64,000 bases of DNA from Deltaproteobacteria bacterium (GCA_052390235.1 JBQTHB010000004.1:70986-134985), one strand, 5' to 3'; positions 40,222 through 50,502 are shown, numbered from the stretch's first letter. Translations and numbers: made by a program. The notes: generated by a model from the sequence alone, not told the origin.

Positions 40222-41631
40222 TCATTCGCTCCTAAAAAGCGTTTTAAACACGGATTCTGCCGCCTGCTCGCCTGAGCGCACGCAGTCCGGCACGCCGACT
40301 CCCCCGTAGGCATTTCCGGCTAGAGCGAGACCCCGATGGGTCGCCGCCCTGCGCATTATCCGCTCTACGAGTTTTAGGTGTCCCACCCTGTACTGAGGCA
40401 TAGACTTCGGGTGGCGATGCACCAGGGCAAGGAGCGGGCTTGATGCAATCCGAAGAATCCTCGCAAGCTCTCTTTCCGAGATGCCGATAATCTCGGAATC
40501 GGTTTTATTATAGATTCCCTCCTGCGCCGCCCCTCCGACAAACGCCCTCAGAAGGGTAAATCCCTCCTTTGCCCTGCCCTCGAATTTTATACTGCTGAAG
40601 GATGAGGCTATTATGGGTATCCTCTCCTCGGTCGGGACGACGAACCCGAACCCGTCCAGAGGGTGCGCTATCGCATCCCGACTGTAGGCTAGGCTTATCA
40701 CGGCTGAAGAGGCGCGCTCAATTAGAGATAAGTCCCCGGCAAGGGAGGGGTCAAAGCCTTCTGCTAATGCCGCCGCAACGTGCGAGGGAGCGGCAATTAT
40801 GGCTCCGTCCGCCTGCAATTCTCCGCCCGTGTCAGTTAAGGCAATCCATCTGCCGCCTGAATTTCGGAGGGATTCGACCTTTTCGCCGAGCCGCACGCTC
40901 CCCTCGGGCAGTAGCGATGCGAGCCTATCCGGGAGCGTCTGCATTCCTCCCCGAAACGATACGAATTGGCTGTAGCGCGCCCCCCCGTCGTTTGATTTGC
41001 GCTCCTCCATCGCCCGCCTTACGCCCCTGATGACGCTTCCGTGCCGCTCCTCCATCTCCAGAAATTGGGGCATTGTCGCCCTGAGGCTCAGGTTCTCGGA
41101 TGATGCCGTGTAGATTCCGGCTATCATAGGTTCGGCTACTCTTCTCAGGGCTTCTGCGCCGAGTCTCCTGCGGACAAACGAAGCTAGGCTCTCGTCGTCC
41201 CCTCTCGGCGACGGGGGGATGATTAAATCGAGCAGGACGCGCATCTTCCCCTTCCACGAGAACAGCGGCGAGCGCAGAAATGGGATTATCCGCGAGGGAG
41301 CCATCATGAAAAAACCCTCCGGCAGTGGATGCAGCGTCCCTTTTCTGAGGACGAACGCCCGTCGGAATTCACTTTGTGTCGGGATGAGTTCTGAATCCAA
41401 GCCGATACTGCGGCACTGGTTCAGCGCCCAGGGCTTTGTCGTAAGGAAAGAGTCGGGACCCTCTTCAATGAGGAATCCGCCGCTGAATTTTGTTGATATT
41501 ACGCCGCCGAGCCGATTCGCGCTTTCAAAAAGCGTGATTTCAATTGGCGATTTTGACTCTCTGCCGAGCTCCAAGAGGCGGTTTGCGGCGGATAACCCTG
41601 CGATTCCCCCTCCGATGACGATTATCCGCAT
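40222..41631 (-). CDS. hemY: HemY-type proto/coproporphyrinogen oxidase
   Basis: IGGGIAGLSAA, RLGG, EEGPDSF, SMPQYRVGH and GVGVPDCV; adjacent to ferrochelatase. Confidence 0.92.
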   Translation of the reverse strand: MRIIVIGGGIAGLSAANRLLELGRESKSPIEITLFESANRLGGVISTKFSGGFLIEEGPDSFLTTKPWALNQCRSIGLDSELIPTQSEFRRAFVLRKGTLHPLPEGFFMMAPSRIIPFLRSPLFSWKGKMRVLLDLIIPPSPRGDDESLASFVRRRLGAEALRRVAEPMIAGIYTASSENLSLRATMPQFLEMEERHGSVIRGVRRAMEERKSNDGGARYSQFVSFRGGMQTLPDRLASLLPEGSVRLGEKVESLRNSGGRWIALTDTGGELQADGAIIAAPSHVAAALAEGFDPSLAGDLSLIERASSAVISLAYSRDAIAHPLDGFGFVVPTEERIPIIASSFSSIKFEGRAKEGFTLLRAFVGGAAQEGIYNKTDSEIIGISERELARILRIASSPLLALVHRHPKSMPQYRVGHLKLVERIMRRAATHRGLALAGNAYGGVGVPDCVRSGEQAAESVFKTLFRSE

Positions 41632-41636
41632 CTCGG

Positions 41637-42581
41637 CTAAGAGTCCCCGATTTTTTTGATGGCGGCATCGGCAATTGCGGCGATGAATTTCGGGTGGTCG
41701 TTTACCGTCTCAGCCCTGTGGAGATGAATTCCGGCTCCTTCGGCGGCTTCCTGGGCTTCAATTCCAATGTCGAACAGCACCTCGACGTGGTCGCACAGAA
41801 ACCCTACGGGCTGAATAACTACCCGTTTTACGCCGCCAGCTCCGAGGTTTTTAATCACCGAGCAGACATCAGGCTCAAGCCACGCGTCCTCAGGTCTCCC
41901 GCTCCGGCTCTGATAGCAGAGCGTCCACGCCCCTCGTCCGAGCCGCTGGGCAATAAGTGCGCAGCTTGTCTGAAGCTCGCTCACGTAGGGGGACTGCTCC
42001 GCCATTGGAGCGGGGATGCTGTGCGCGGTGAACAGAAGCGTCGCCCCATCGCGCTCTGCGGGGGGGATTTCATCGAATTTGCCCGCGATGAGTTCGGCTG
42101 AAGCCTCGATAAAAAGCGGATGGTCAAAAAGGGCGGGCGTGTAGTCGAATTCCATTGAGACCCCCGCCTCTCTCATGGCGTTGTCAACATCGCGCTGATA
42201 CCTCTGCCAGCTTGCGTCGCAGCGGTGAGCCGCCATTATCACTCCGAGCGCTCTTTGTACTCCCTCGGAGCGCATACGCTTGACCGTGTCTGCGATGAAA
42301 GGATGCCAGTTTCTCATCCCCACATAAACGGGCATGGCGTATCCGGCGTCGGCAAGCCGTTTGTTCAAAGCCCCCGCCTGCCTGTAGGTAAGCTCATTGA
42401 TGGGGGATTTGCCGCCGATGAGTTCGTAGTGGTGGGCGACCTCTTCAAGGCGCGCGGGGGGTATCGGGCGCCCACTTGCGACGACGCTTAAGTAGGGGCG
42501 TATGTCGTCGAGTTTTTCGGGACCCCCGTAGGCTATCATTAACACGGCGTCGTATTTCTTCGGCACTCTCGAAACCCCCAT
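41637..42581 (-). CDS. hemH: Ferrochelatase
   Basis: YGGP, GGKSPI, GMRNWHP, FTAHSIP, YQSRSG, WLEP and GFLCDHVEVLFDI. Confidence 0.95.
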   Translation of the reverse strand: MGVSRVPKKYDAVLMIAYGGPEKLDDIRPYLSVVASGRPIPPARLEEVAHHYELIGGKSPINELTYRQAGALNKRLADAGYAMPVYVGMRNWHPFIADTVKRMRSEGVQRALGVIMAAHRCDASWQRYQRDVDNAMREAGVSMEFDYTPALFDHPLFIEASAELIAGKFDEIPPAERDGATLLFTAHSIPAPMAEQSPYVSELQTSCALIAQRLGRGAWTLCYQSRSGRPEDAWLEPDVCSVIKNLGAGGVKRVVIQPVGFLCDHVEVLFDIGIEAQEAAEGAGIHLHRAETVNDHPKFIAAIADAAIKKIGDS

Positions 42582-42639
42582 TTATATATCTGTGATTATA
42601 CCATTTCCAGCCGCTCCTCCTCCCGCGTCATTTCAAGAC

Positions 42640-42715
42640 GGGCGCGTTTGCCGTTTTAACGTTGTTTCATCTAGCCCAACGGGAGAAATCTCATTGTGGC
42701 TCGAAGGTGTCTCCC
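42640..42715 (-). repeat. REP-like intergenic repeat, copy A
   Basis: Its reverse complement aligns by hand with 46621-46695 at about 63 of 76 positions. Confidence 0.8.
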
Positions 42716-42852
42716 TCGCAATCCCATACTCAGACGTTCGTTATTTCGAGCTTTGAGATGAGAAATTTTATCGGGCGGAGAGCGCAATAAAAAAGAGGAG
42801 CGCGCCCCCTCTGTCTCCCTCAACCCGCCTGTCGTGGTAAAATACCGCCCTG

Positions 42853-44421
42853 ATGCCCATCACTCCCTACGAGCTTGAGATATTTCACAGTATCCTCTCG
42901 TCCATCGCTGAGGAGATGGGGTCTTTGCTAGTGCGGGCGGCGCTCTCGCCAAATATTAAAGAGCGCCGAGACCTGTCCTGCGCCCTGTTCAATGCGCAAG
43001 GGGAGATGATAGCCCAAGCCGCTCACATCCCCGTGCATCTCGGCTCGATGAGTTTCGCTGTGAAAGCCGTGATGGCGGACTGCGAGGAGGCTTGTGAGGG
43101 CGACGTTTTTATACTCAACGACCCTTTCAGAGGCGGCACTCATCTGCCGGATATAACCTGCATTGCGCCGGTTTTTTGCATGGGAAAATTAGAATTTTTT
43201 GCCGCCTCGCGCGCCCATCATGCGGACATTGGGGGAATCACTCCGGGCTCAATGCCGCTATCAACCTCGATTCACGAAGAAGGAATTATCATACCCCCCT
43301 CGAAACTCTATCGGCGGGGAAAACTCAATAGGCGGCTGATGAAAAAAATCCTCTCGGCAACGCGCGACCCCGAAGAGCGGGAAGGGGATTTTAAAGCCCA
43401 AATAGCGGCGCTCCTCCTGGGGGAGAGGCGTCTCAAATCGGTTGTGGAGAAATATTCGCTCCCAAAGATAAAAGAGGCGGCGGCTGAGCTTCTGGGCTAC
43501 AGCGAGCGCGTGATGAGAGAGGTCATAAGCCAAATCCCGCAAGGGTCTTGGGAATTTCAGGATGTCATGGACGGCGACGGAGCCTGGGCGCGAGAAATCC
43601 CGATAAGGGTCAAAATCGAGATTCGAGGCGGCGAGGCGGTGGTTGATTTTACCGGCACGTCCCCAAGAGTCGCAGGCTCGCTCAACGCCCCTTTCAGCGT
43701 TACGACCTCGGCGGCGCTTTATGCGTTTCAGTGCCTCGCCCCAGACGGGATGCCGCTTAATTCTGGCGCTCTTAGGGCGATAAAAATCCTCGTCGAGCAG
43801 AACTCCCTTCTCAACGCGCAGTTTCCCTCGGCTGTTGCGGCGGGAAACGTGGAGACCTCTCAGCGAGTCGTGGATGTGGTATTCGGCGCGCTCTCGAGGG
43901 CGATACCTGAATCGGTGCAGGCGGCAAGCTCAGGCTCCATGAGCAATATCACTTTTGGGGGTGTAAGTTCGCTCACAGGGCGGAGTTTCGCATATTACGA
44001 GACCATTGCGGGCGGCATGGGCGGGAGGCTTGGCAAGGATGGAGTAAGCGCGGTGCAGACGCACATGACCAACACGCTCAACACCCCGGTTGAGGCTTTG
44101 GAGCGGGAACTCCCCGTGATTATGGACTCCTATTGTATCAGGAGAGGGAGCGGCGGGCGCGGGCGATTCCGAGGGGGCGATGGCATCGTGAGGGCGTATA
44201 AATTCCTTGAGCGGGCGACGGTTACCCTAATCACCGAGAGAAGGGACTTTGCCCCTTGGGGGATTGAAGGCGGGGAGGCGGGCAGCCGCGGCGCAAATGT
44301 CTTGATTCGGGACGGCGCATCCCTGAGGCTTCCCCCAAAACTCAGCTTCGATGTGAACCCCGGCGACGTCGTGCGCATTGAAACCCCGGCAGGCGGCGGC
44401 TGGGGAATTCCTGATAGATGA
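42853..44421 (+). CDS. Hydantoinase B/oxoprolinase family protein
   Basis: IAEEMG, SPNIKERRDLSCA, HIPVHLGSM, NDPFRGGTHLPD, NTPVEALE and TPAGGGWG. Confidence 0.93.
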   Translation: MPITPYELEIFHSILSSIAEEMGSLLVRAALSPNIKERRDLSCALFNAQGEMIAQAAHIPVHLGSMSFAVKAVMADCEEACEGDVFILNDPFRGGTHLPDITCIAPVFCMGKLEFFAASRAHHADIGGITPGSMPLSTSIHEEGIIIPPSKLYRRGKLNRRLMKKILSATRDPEEREGDFKAQIAALLLGERRLKSVVEKYSLPKIKEAAAELLGYSERVMREVISQIPQGSWEFQDVMDGDGAWAREIPIRVKIEIRGGEAVVDFTGTSPRVAGSLNAPFSVTTSAALYAFQCLAPDGMPLNSGALRAIKILVEQNSLLNAQFPSAVAAGNVETSQRVVDVVFGALSRAIPESVQAASSGSMSNITFGGVSSLTGRSFAYYETIAGGMGGRLGKDGVSAVQTHMTNTLNTPVEALERELPVIMDSYCIRRGSGGRGRFRGGDGIVRAYKFLERATVTLITERRDFAPWGIEGGEAGSRGANVLIRDGASLRLPPKLSFDVNPGDVVRIETPAGGGWGIPDR

Positions 44422-44505
44422 TGAGATTCCCCTCTCTCGTTCGATATGACCAATCTCCCCCATAGAATGTAAGTCTAAATCTCCATTTCCCAGAGAAATG
44501 CTCAC

Positions 44506-44534
44506 TTGCGCGCAATACGGATTTACGTTAATGT
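44506..44534 (+). promoter_or_regulatory. Putative leaderless sigma70 promoter of the radical SAM gene
   Basis: TTGCGC-N17-TAATGT, ending 6 nt before GTG 44541. Confidence 0.45.
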
Positions 44535-44540
44535 AAAGGC

Positions 44541-45434
44541 GTGATTGAATACTCAATGCCGCTTTTCAGACCACCCAGCGAGGGGGAGAGTTTCATCCTT
44601 CAAGCCACCATCGGATGCTCCCATAACGACTGCACCTACTGCGCCATGTACCGCCGCGACACGCAGAAATTCCGTATGAGATCGATGGATGAAATCCGCG
44701 CCATTGTTGATGAAGCCTCGGCAGAGGGTGCTGTGAGAAGAGTATTTATCGCCGACGGCAATGCCCTAATTATTCCGCAGAAAAAACTGCTCCAAATCCT
44801 CGGCTATTTGCAGAATAAATGCCCATCGCTTGAGCGCGTGAGGATGTACGCCAACGTCTCGGACATCCTCAGAAAAGGGGCGGAGGATATGGCGGAGCTG
44901 CGAGCCGCTGGGCTTGATATGGTCTATATCGGCTTTGAGAGCGGAGACGACGCGGTTCTGGCGCGAATCAAAAAGGGGGCGAATTACGACGAAACCGTGA
45001 GGGCCTCGAAAATACTAAAAAAAGCCGGAGTGAAAAACTCCGCAATGGTGCTTCTCGGAGTCGGAGGGGTCGAGCGAAGCGTGCCTCACGCACAGGCAAC
45101 CGGCAGACTGCTCTCGGATTCAGACCCCGAATACGTCGGCGCGCTTTCGCTTCAAATCCGCCCCGGAGCGCCGATTCACGAGGAATGGGTTGAGGGGAAA
45201 TTCGCTCTCCCTGAGAAATTTCTGATGATTCGAGAGCTTGAGATAATAGTCGAGGGAACAAACCTCACGGACGGCTATTTTTTCTCAAACCATATCTCGA
45301 ATTTTCTTCCCATCAAGGCGAAATTCCCCGAAGAAAAGGGCAGGGTGCTGGAGGAGATACGAGGGGTTTTGGCAAATCGGGATGAAGCCGCCCTCCGCCC
45401 GGATTTCTACAGAGACGTGATAAATCAGTATTGA
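44541..45434 (+). CDS. Radical SAM protein
   Basis: RPPSE, GCSHNDCTYCAMY (CxxxCxxC), GFESG and SNHISN. Confidence 0.9.
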   Translation: MIEYSMPLFRPPSEGESFILQATIGCSHNDCTYCAMYRRDTQKFRMRSMDEIRAIVDEASAEGAVRRVFIADGNALIIPQKKLLQILGYLQNKCPSLERVRMYANVSDILRKGAEDMAELRAAGLDMVYIGFESGDDAVLARIKKGANYDETVRASKILKKAGVKNSAMVLLGVGGVERSVPHAQATGRLLSDSDPEYVGALSLQIRPGAPIHEEWVEGKFALPEKFLMIRELEIIVEGTNLTDGYFFSNHISNFLPIKAKFPEEKGRVLEEIRGVLANRDEAALRPDFYRDVINQY

Positions 45435-45526
45435 CGCTCGATTTAGGTTTGTTATTTGTTGATTGATGCTCTGTTCAGTAGTAAAATCGCAGTGAATAAA
45501 ACAATATCAAGGAGAGGATACACACA

Positions 45527-46468
45527 ATGAAGAGAATCGCCACAGTATCCCCGGTTTGGGGATGTAGCGTAGAGGATTTGCGCGCCCTTGCAAAGATTGC
45601 CGAGGACGCGGGCTTTGAGGCAATCTTTTCTCCGGAAGTTCCCCCGTTCAGCGCCATTGCAAATGCCCAGGTGTTTGCCGAGGCGACGTCGAAAATCAAG
45701 GTCGGCACGTGGATTACCAATATTTATATGCGCCAAGCCGTTATGTGCGCCGCCGAATCCCTCACAGTTCAAGAGGTGTCGGGCGGGCGTATGATGCTCG
45801 GACTCGGCGTAAGCCACAAGCCTGTAAACGATAAATACGGCATAAATATGGGAGATCCGATTGAAGAAATGCGTAAATACGCTACTGCTGTAAAGTCGTT
45901 TTTAGACGCAAGCTCCCCGCTTCTGACCATCAAAAGAGAGCTAAAACCCGTGCCCGTCTATACCGCCGTTCTCACTGAGAAAGCCGCCGAGCTTGCCGGG
46001 GAGATAGCCGATGGAATAATGTCCTACCTCTGTCCGCCGAGCTATATTTCGAGCCTCATTAGCGCCGTAAGACGCGGGGCGAAGACGGCAGGCAAGTTCT
46101 CGGACAACGTGGATATTACAAACGGGATCCCGTCGTTTATCTCGGACGACCTAGCGGCGGCGCGCGCGGCGGCAAAGCGCGGACTTTCGGGCTATGCGAG
46201 ATTCCCATTCTATCAGAGGCTCATTAAAAACAGCGGCTTCGGCGACATTGTAGATCAGATTAAAGCCGGAGCGAACCCCGCCGACGCGCTGTCGGATGAA
46301 TTCCTGGACGAGGTTGCCCTCATTGGCCCGGCCGACAGGTGCAGAAGGCGGCTTGAGCAGTTCAGAGCCGTTGGACTCCGCCTGCCTATTATCATCCCCA
46401 GCGCGGTAGGAAAGCAGACTAACGTAGAGGTTATGAAAATCATGACCGAGGCCCTCGCCGGATATTAA
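45527..46468 (+). CDS. LLM-class flavin-dependent (possibly F420-dependent) oxidoreductase
   Basis: AEDAGFE, ATSKIKVGT, SGGRMMLGLG and ELAGEIADG. Confidence 0.88.
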   Translation: MKRIATVSPVWGCSVEDLRALAKIAEDAGFEAIFSPEVPPFSAIANAQVFAEATSKIKVGTWITNIYMRQAVMCAAESLTVQEVSGGRMMLGLGVSHKPVNDKYGINMGDPIEEMRKYATAVKSFLDASSPLLTIKRELKPVPVYTAVLTEKAAELAGEIADGIMSYLCPPSYISSLISAVRRGAKTAGKFSDNVDITNGIPSFISDDLAAARAAAKRGLSGYARFPFYQRLIKNSGFGDIVDQIKAGANPADALSDEFLDEVALIGPADRCRRRLEQFRAVGLRLPIIIPSAVGKQTNVEVMKIMTEALAGY

Positions 46469-46505
46469 ATTATCCGTCGTATTCTGACAGATTCCTCGCA
46501 TCTTG

Positions 46506-46540
46506 GGGGAGCGGGTTTTTATGCCTGTTCCCCTTTTTTT
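46506..46540 (+). terminator. Intrinsic terminator after the LLM gene
   Basis: Stem GGGGAGCGGG/CCTGTTCCCC followed by T7. Confidence 0.7.
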
Positions 46541-46620
46541 ATTGCCCCCCTCGCCCTTAGATGCTGATGATGTCATTGCGAGGGAGTGGAATTATTCTCT
46601 TCATTTCGATGAGTGAAACG

Positions 46621-46695
46621 GGGAGAAACCTTCGAGCCGCGCTGAGATTTCTCTCGTTGGTCGAAATGACAGGCGTTAAAATGGCAAACGCGCCC
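46621..46695 (+). repeat. REP-like intergenic repeat, copy B
   Basis: GAGATTTCTCTCGTTGGTCGAAATGAC core with an upstream TCATTTCGA arm; matches 42640-42715 in inverted orientation. Confidence 0.8.
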
Positions 46696-46853
46696 GCCGA
46701 GGAATCACACAGGGGAGGCGCGAAATGGCAGGGCGTAGAGTGCGTTCTTCCAAGTGGACAGGGAAATCTGCCCCTGTACCGGGCATCCTGCATTTTGGCC
46801 GGTGGTGAAATATTTGTTGACACGCGGGCGCAAAGTCGTGTATTAATAAACCC

Positions 46854-47879
46854 ATGGGTTTTTTCGACAAATTCAAAACAAATAAGCCGGCGGGAAATGG
46901 AAAAGCCGAAGGCTCGGCGGTGATTAGGATGAAAGCGCCATGGGGCAATTTTCTTCAAGGCGCGGTTGTCTATCTCGTACTCGGCGCATGGATGCTGAGC
47001 TCGTCCTTCTACATAGTTGATTCCGATGAGCAGGGGGTCGTAAAGAGGTTCGGCAAATATGTGAAAACAGAAAAACCCGGCGTGCATTTCAAGCTCCCCT
47101 GGCCCATAGAAGAGGCGCTGACCCCGAAGGTTACTCAGGTAAAGAGGCTTGAAATTGGATTTCGCACGGTTGATGCGGGCCCTCCGTCAAGGTACGAGGA
47201 AGTTCCCGAAGAGTCTCTGATGCTCACAGGGGATTTAAACATCGTAAGCTCGGAGTTCATCGTACAGTTCACGATAAAAGACGCGCAGGAGTATCTGTTC
47301 AACGCCAAAGATGTTGAAACCGTTCTCAGAGACGCCGCCGAAGCCGCAAAACGCCAGGTTGTGGGTGATAAAACCATTGACTACGTGCTGACCGTCGGAA
47401 AAGCCGAGATTCAGGAAGAGGTTAGGGTGCTACTTCAGCAAATTATGGATAGCTACAAGGCGGGAGTCTATATCGTCGCCGTGCAGCTTCAGGACGTTCA
47501 GCCCCCGAAACCCGTCATTGGGGCGTTTAAAGACGTTGCAAGCGCCAAAGAGGATAAAGATAAATTCATAAATCAGGCCGAGGCATATAGGAACGAGGTC
47601 ATCCCGTGGTCGGAGGGAGAGGCTCAGAAACTCCTGAACGAAGCCGAGGGTTATAAGACCGAGAAAATCAACCAAGCCACGGGAGAGGCCGATAGATTCC
47701 TTAAAATCCTCGAGGAGAGCAAAAAATCCGATGAGGTTACAAGGAAGAGGCTCTACCTAGAGACAATGGAGTCAGTTCTCTCGAAAATAGATAAATTCAT
47801 CATTGACCCTAAGAACGCCCCGAATCTTAATATCTGGGATACGAAGGGGAGGTTTCCGGTTGACAATAAACAGCAGTAG
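46854..47879 (+). CDS. hflK: FtsH protease modulator HflK
   Basis: SPFH domain; MLTGDLNIV, QLQDVQPP, AFKDVASAKED and TRKRLYLETME. Confidence 0.95.
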   Translation: MGFFDKFKTNKPAGNGKAEGSAVIRMKAPWGNFLQGAVVYLVLGAWMLSSSFYIVDSDEQGVVKRFGKYVKTEKPGVHFKLPWPIEEALTPKVTQVKRLEIGFRTVDAGPPSRYEEVPEESLMLTGDLNIVSSEFIVQFTIKDAQEYLFNAKDVETVLRDAAEAAKRQVVGDKTIDYVLTVGKAEIQEEVRVLLQQIMDSYKAGVYIVAVQLQDVQPPKPVIGAFKDVASAKEDKDKFINQAEAYRNEVIPWSEGEAQKLLNEAEGYKTEKINQATGEADRFLKILEESKKSDEVTRKRLYLETMESVLSKIDKFIIDPKNAPNLNIWDTKGRFPVDNKQQ

Positions 47880-47894
47880 GCGAGGAAATGCGCA

Positions 47895-48761
47895 ATGCTA
47901 AGGTCGCTTGTGGTTTTAATTTTAATATTGGCGGTGTTATATGTGTTAAAGCCGTTTTATATAGTTGACGAGACCGAGCAGGCTGTGGTGCTTCAGTACG
48001 GGGTCAATCCTATCAAGGTTTCTAAAGAGCCGGGACTCCACTTTAAACTCCCCTGGCCCATACAGAGCGTATCCAAATTCGATAAGAGACTGCTCCAGTA
48101 CGACGCCCAGCCAAGGGAGGTCATCACAAAGGACAAAAAAACGCTCATCCTCGACAACTACGCGAGGTGGAGAATTGCAGACCCGATAAAACTCCTCCAA
48201 ACCGTTAAAAACGAAAATGGCGCTCAGACGAGAATTGACGACATCGTCTATTCCGAGCTTCGAGTCGAGACCGCAAGCCACGACCAGAGCGACGTTATCG
48301 CTCAGCAGAGAGATAGCATTATGAAAATCGTAACCCGCAAGTGCAGCGAGAAAGCCAAGGAGTACGGAATCGAAATCGTTGACGTGAGAATCAAACGAGC
48401 CGACCTGCCGAGGGAAAATGAGCAGTCCGTATTTCAGAGAATGGTCGCAGAGCGCGAGCGGCAGGCGAAAAAATACCGCTCTGAGGGGCAGAGCGAAGGC
48501 ACGCGAATTAACGCCGAAGCCGACAAGCAGAGCCGAATCATAATATCCGAGGCGTATAAAAATGCCCAGATTACAAAAGGCGAGGGCGACGCCGAAGCGA
48601 TAAAAATCTACGCCGAAGCCTTCAAGCAAGACCCCGGTTTCTACGCCTTTACCCGCACGCTCGAGGCATATCAAAAATCCATTGGCGACAAAACTACGGC
48701 AATATTCTCAACCGACTCGGAGATTTTTAAACTCTTCGAGAGCAAGAATCTAGCCAGATAA
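47895..48761 (+). CDS. hflC: FtsH protease modulator HflC
   Basis: FDKRL, DKKTLILDNYARWRI, DVRIKRADLP, RMVAER and FYAFTRTLEAY. Confidence 0.95.
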   Translation: MLRSLVVLILILAVLYVLKPFYIVDETEQAVVLQYGVNPIKVSKEPGLHFKLPWPIQSVSKFDKRLLQYDAQPREVITKDKKTLILDNYARWRIADPIKLLQTVKNENGAQTRIDDIVYSELRVETASHDQSDVIAQQRDSIMKIVTRKCSEKAKEYGIEIVDVRIKRADLPRENEQSVFQRMVAERERQAKKYRSEGQSEGTRINAEADKQSRIIISEAYKNAQITKGEGDAEAIKIYAEAFKQDPGFYAFTRTLEAYQKSIGDKTTAIFSTDSEIFKLFESKNLAR

Positions 48762-49055
48762 CCCCGCCTCTGAATCTTTTATCCCCAGCAGATATTCTAA
48801 AGTGAGACAATTTGCGCGTTATATAGCAACGCTGAAAAGTCCGCTTATCGCCAATAGCCGGGCGCAGTTTATTTCAAACCTCTCCGGTAGTGTATCTGCC
48901 CAAGGGATGGATTCTCGTAAAAGCGCGCGGGAATGAAGGCTAGATGGCTTAATTTTATCCATTGCGGATTGCCTTTGAGAGGGCTTCGAGAGGCTTGAAA
49001 ATCGTTTGTGCAGGTGTACTATAAAAAAACGCAAAATCCAAAACCGAGGGAGACA

Positions 49056-50003
49056 ATGACCGAATCTGACACTCATCGCAAGGTAATAATTATCGGCTCA
49101 GGCTGCGCCGGATACACAGCCGCGCTCTATGCCGCAAGGGCAAACCTTATGCCGCTCGTATTCGAGGGCGTAGAACAGGGGGGACAACTCGCCCTAACCA
49201 CTTTGGTTGAGAATTTCCCCGGTTTCCCCGAGGGCGTCATGGGGCCCGATTTGATGAACGCCATGAGAGGGCAGGCTGAGAAATTCGGGGCGCAGTTTCA
49301 ATTCGGCGAGGTAACTTCAGCCGACCTGTCGCAAAGGCCGTTTAAAATCGTTCGAGACGGCACAGCTTACAGCGCGCAGACGCTCATCATCGCATCTGGG
49401 GCTTCGGCGAAAATGCTGGGTATAGAGTCCGAGCGAACCCTCCTTGGACACGGGGTGTCAACCTGCGCCACCTGCGACGGGTTCTTTTTCAAGGATAAGG
49501 AACTCACTGTCATCGGCGGAGGCGACAGCGCCCTTGAAGAGGGGACGTTCCTCACCAAATTCGCCTCAAAGGTCAACATCATCCACCGCAGAGACAAGCT
49601 CAGAGGCTCGAAAATCATGCAGGACAGAGCCTTAGCCAACGAGAAAGTGAGTTTCATCTGGAACGCCGAGGTCATCCTAGTCATCGGCTCTAAAGAGGGC
49701 GGGGTTTCAGCCGTGCGCCTCAGAGACACCGTATCCGGCAGGGAATGGGAAAAAGAATGCCAAGGGGTTTTCGTCGCCATCGGACACACGCCAAATACTA
49801 CAATCTTCGAGGGGCAGGTTGACCTCGACGAGAAGGGCTACATCATAACGAAGGGCAATACGAGCTTTACCAATATCGCCGGGGTGTTCGCCGCAGGAGA
49901 CGTTCACGACACTAGATACCGCCAAGCCATCACGGCGGCGGGTTCGGGGTGCAAGGCGGCAATTGATGCTGAGAAATTCCTTGAGGAACACGGCGAGGGA
50001 TGA
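49056..50003 (+). CDS. trxB: Thioredoxin reductase
   Basis: IIGSGCAGYTAA, CATCDG, GGGDSA, HRRD, FAAGDV and YRQAITAAGSG. Confidence 0.97.
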   Translation: MTESDTHRKVIIIGSGCAGYTAALYAARANLMPLVFEGVEQGGQLALTTLVENFPGFPEGVMGPDLMNAMRGQAEKFGAQFQFGEVTSADLSQRPFKIVRDGTAYSAQTLIIASGASAKMLGIESERTLLGHGVSTCATCDGFFFKDKELTVIGGGDSALEEGTFLTKFASKVNIIHRRDKLRGSKIMQDRALANEKVSFIWNAEVILVIGSKEGGVSAVRLRDTVSGREWEKECQGVFVAIGHTPNTTIFEGQVDLDEKGYIITKGNTSFTNIAGVFAAGDVHDTRYRQAITAAGSGCKAAIDAEKFLEEHGEG

Positions 50004-50032
50004 GGGTGAATCTCGACTGGTAAATTGATCGT

Positions 50033-50316
50033 ATGCGGGGCAATGTGTTTGAGCGGCTCAGAGCTAATGTGGCGCGGATAAGGCGCAGTATCAATTTCTA
50101 CCGCGCGCTGCTGCGAGACCCACGACTCCCCCGGCTCTCTCCCGATGGCTACTGTGGGCGGCTCTGGGGTATTTGCTCTTCCCATTTGACCTCATACCCG
50201 ATTTTATTCCAGTCCTAGGGCATCTGGATGACGCGCTGATAGCGCCGCCTTTGGTGTGGCTTGCGATGCGGATGATTCCCAAAGAGGTGTATGAGGAGCA
50301 TAGAGCGCGGGAGTAG
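50033..50316 (+). pseudogene. Frameshifted YkvA/DUF1232 family membrane protein
   Basis: The 5' frame ...[12 protein letters not shown] switches near 50135-50142 (CTCTCTCCC) to a frame reading [30 protein letters not shown]...*. Confidence 0.8.
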
Positions 50317-50502
50317 CGGATGGTGTTTTCCTCCCACTCCGTTTGTTGAGGCGCTCCCTCGAATGTCATGGGATGGAGAAGCGGGCGAGGTAGCCCATTT
50401 CTCGCATCCTGAAATATAGCTCTTGAAATTTCCTCTGTTCCTGATATAGAATTAAATCTAAGCCCCCCGATGGTGAAATTATCTTTTGGAGGTTTCCGCG
50501 TA

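Noticed and set aside
46557..47087. ORFs of 90-176 aa upstream of or overlapping hflK
   Set aside because: They translate REP-like repeat sequence or are antisense to hflK; no protein motifs.
48762..49055. ~290-bp gap between hflC and trxB as a possible sRNA or small gene
   Set aside because: Only a trxB promoter candidate (TTGAAA-N17-TACTAT) was evident; no convincing structure or ORF.
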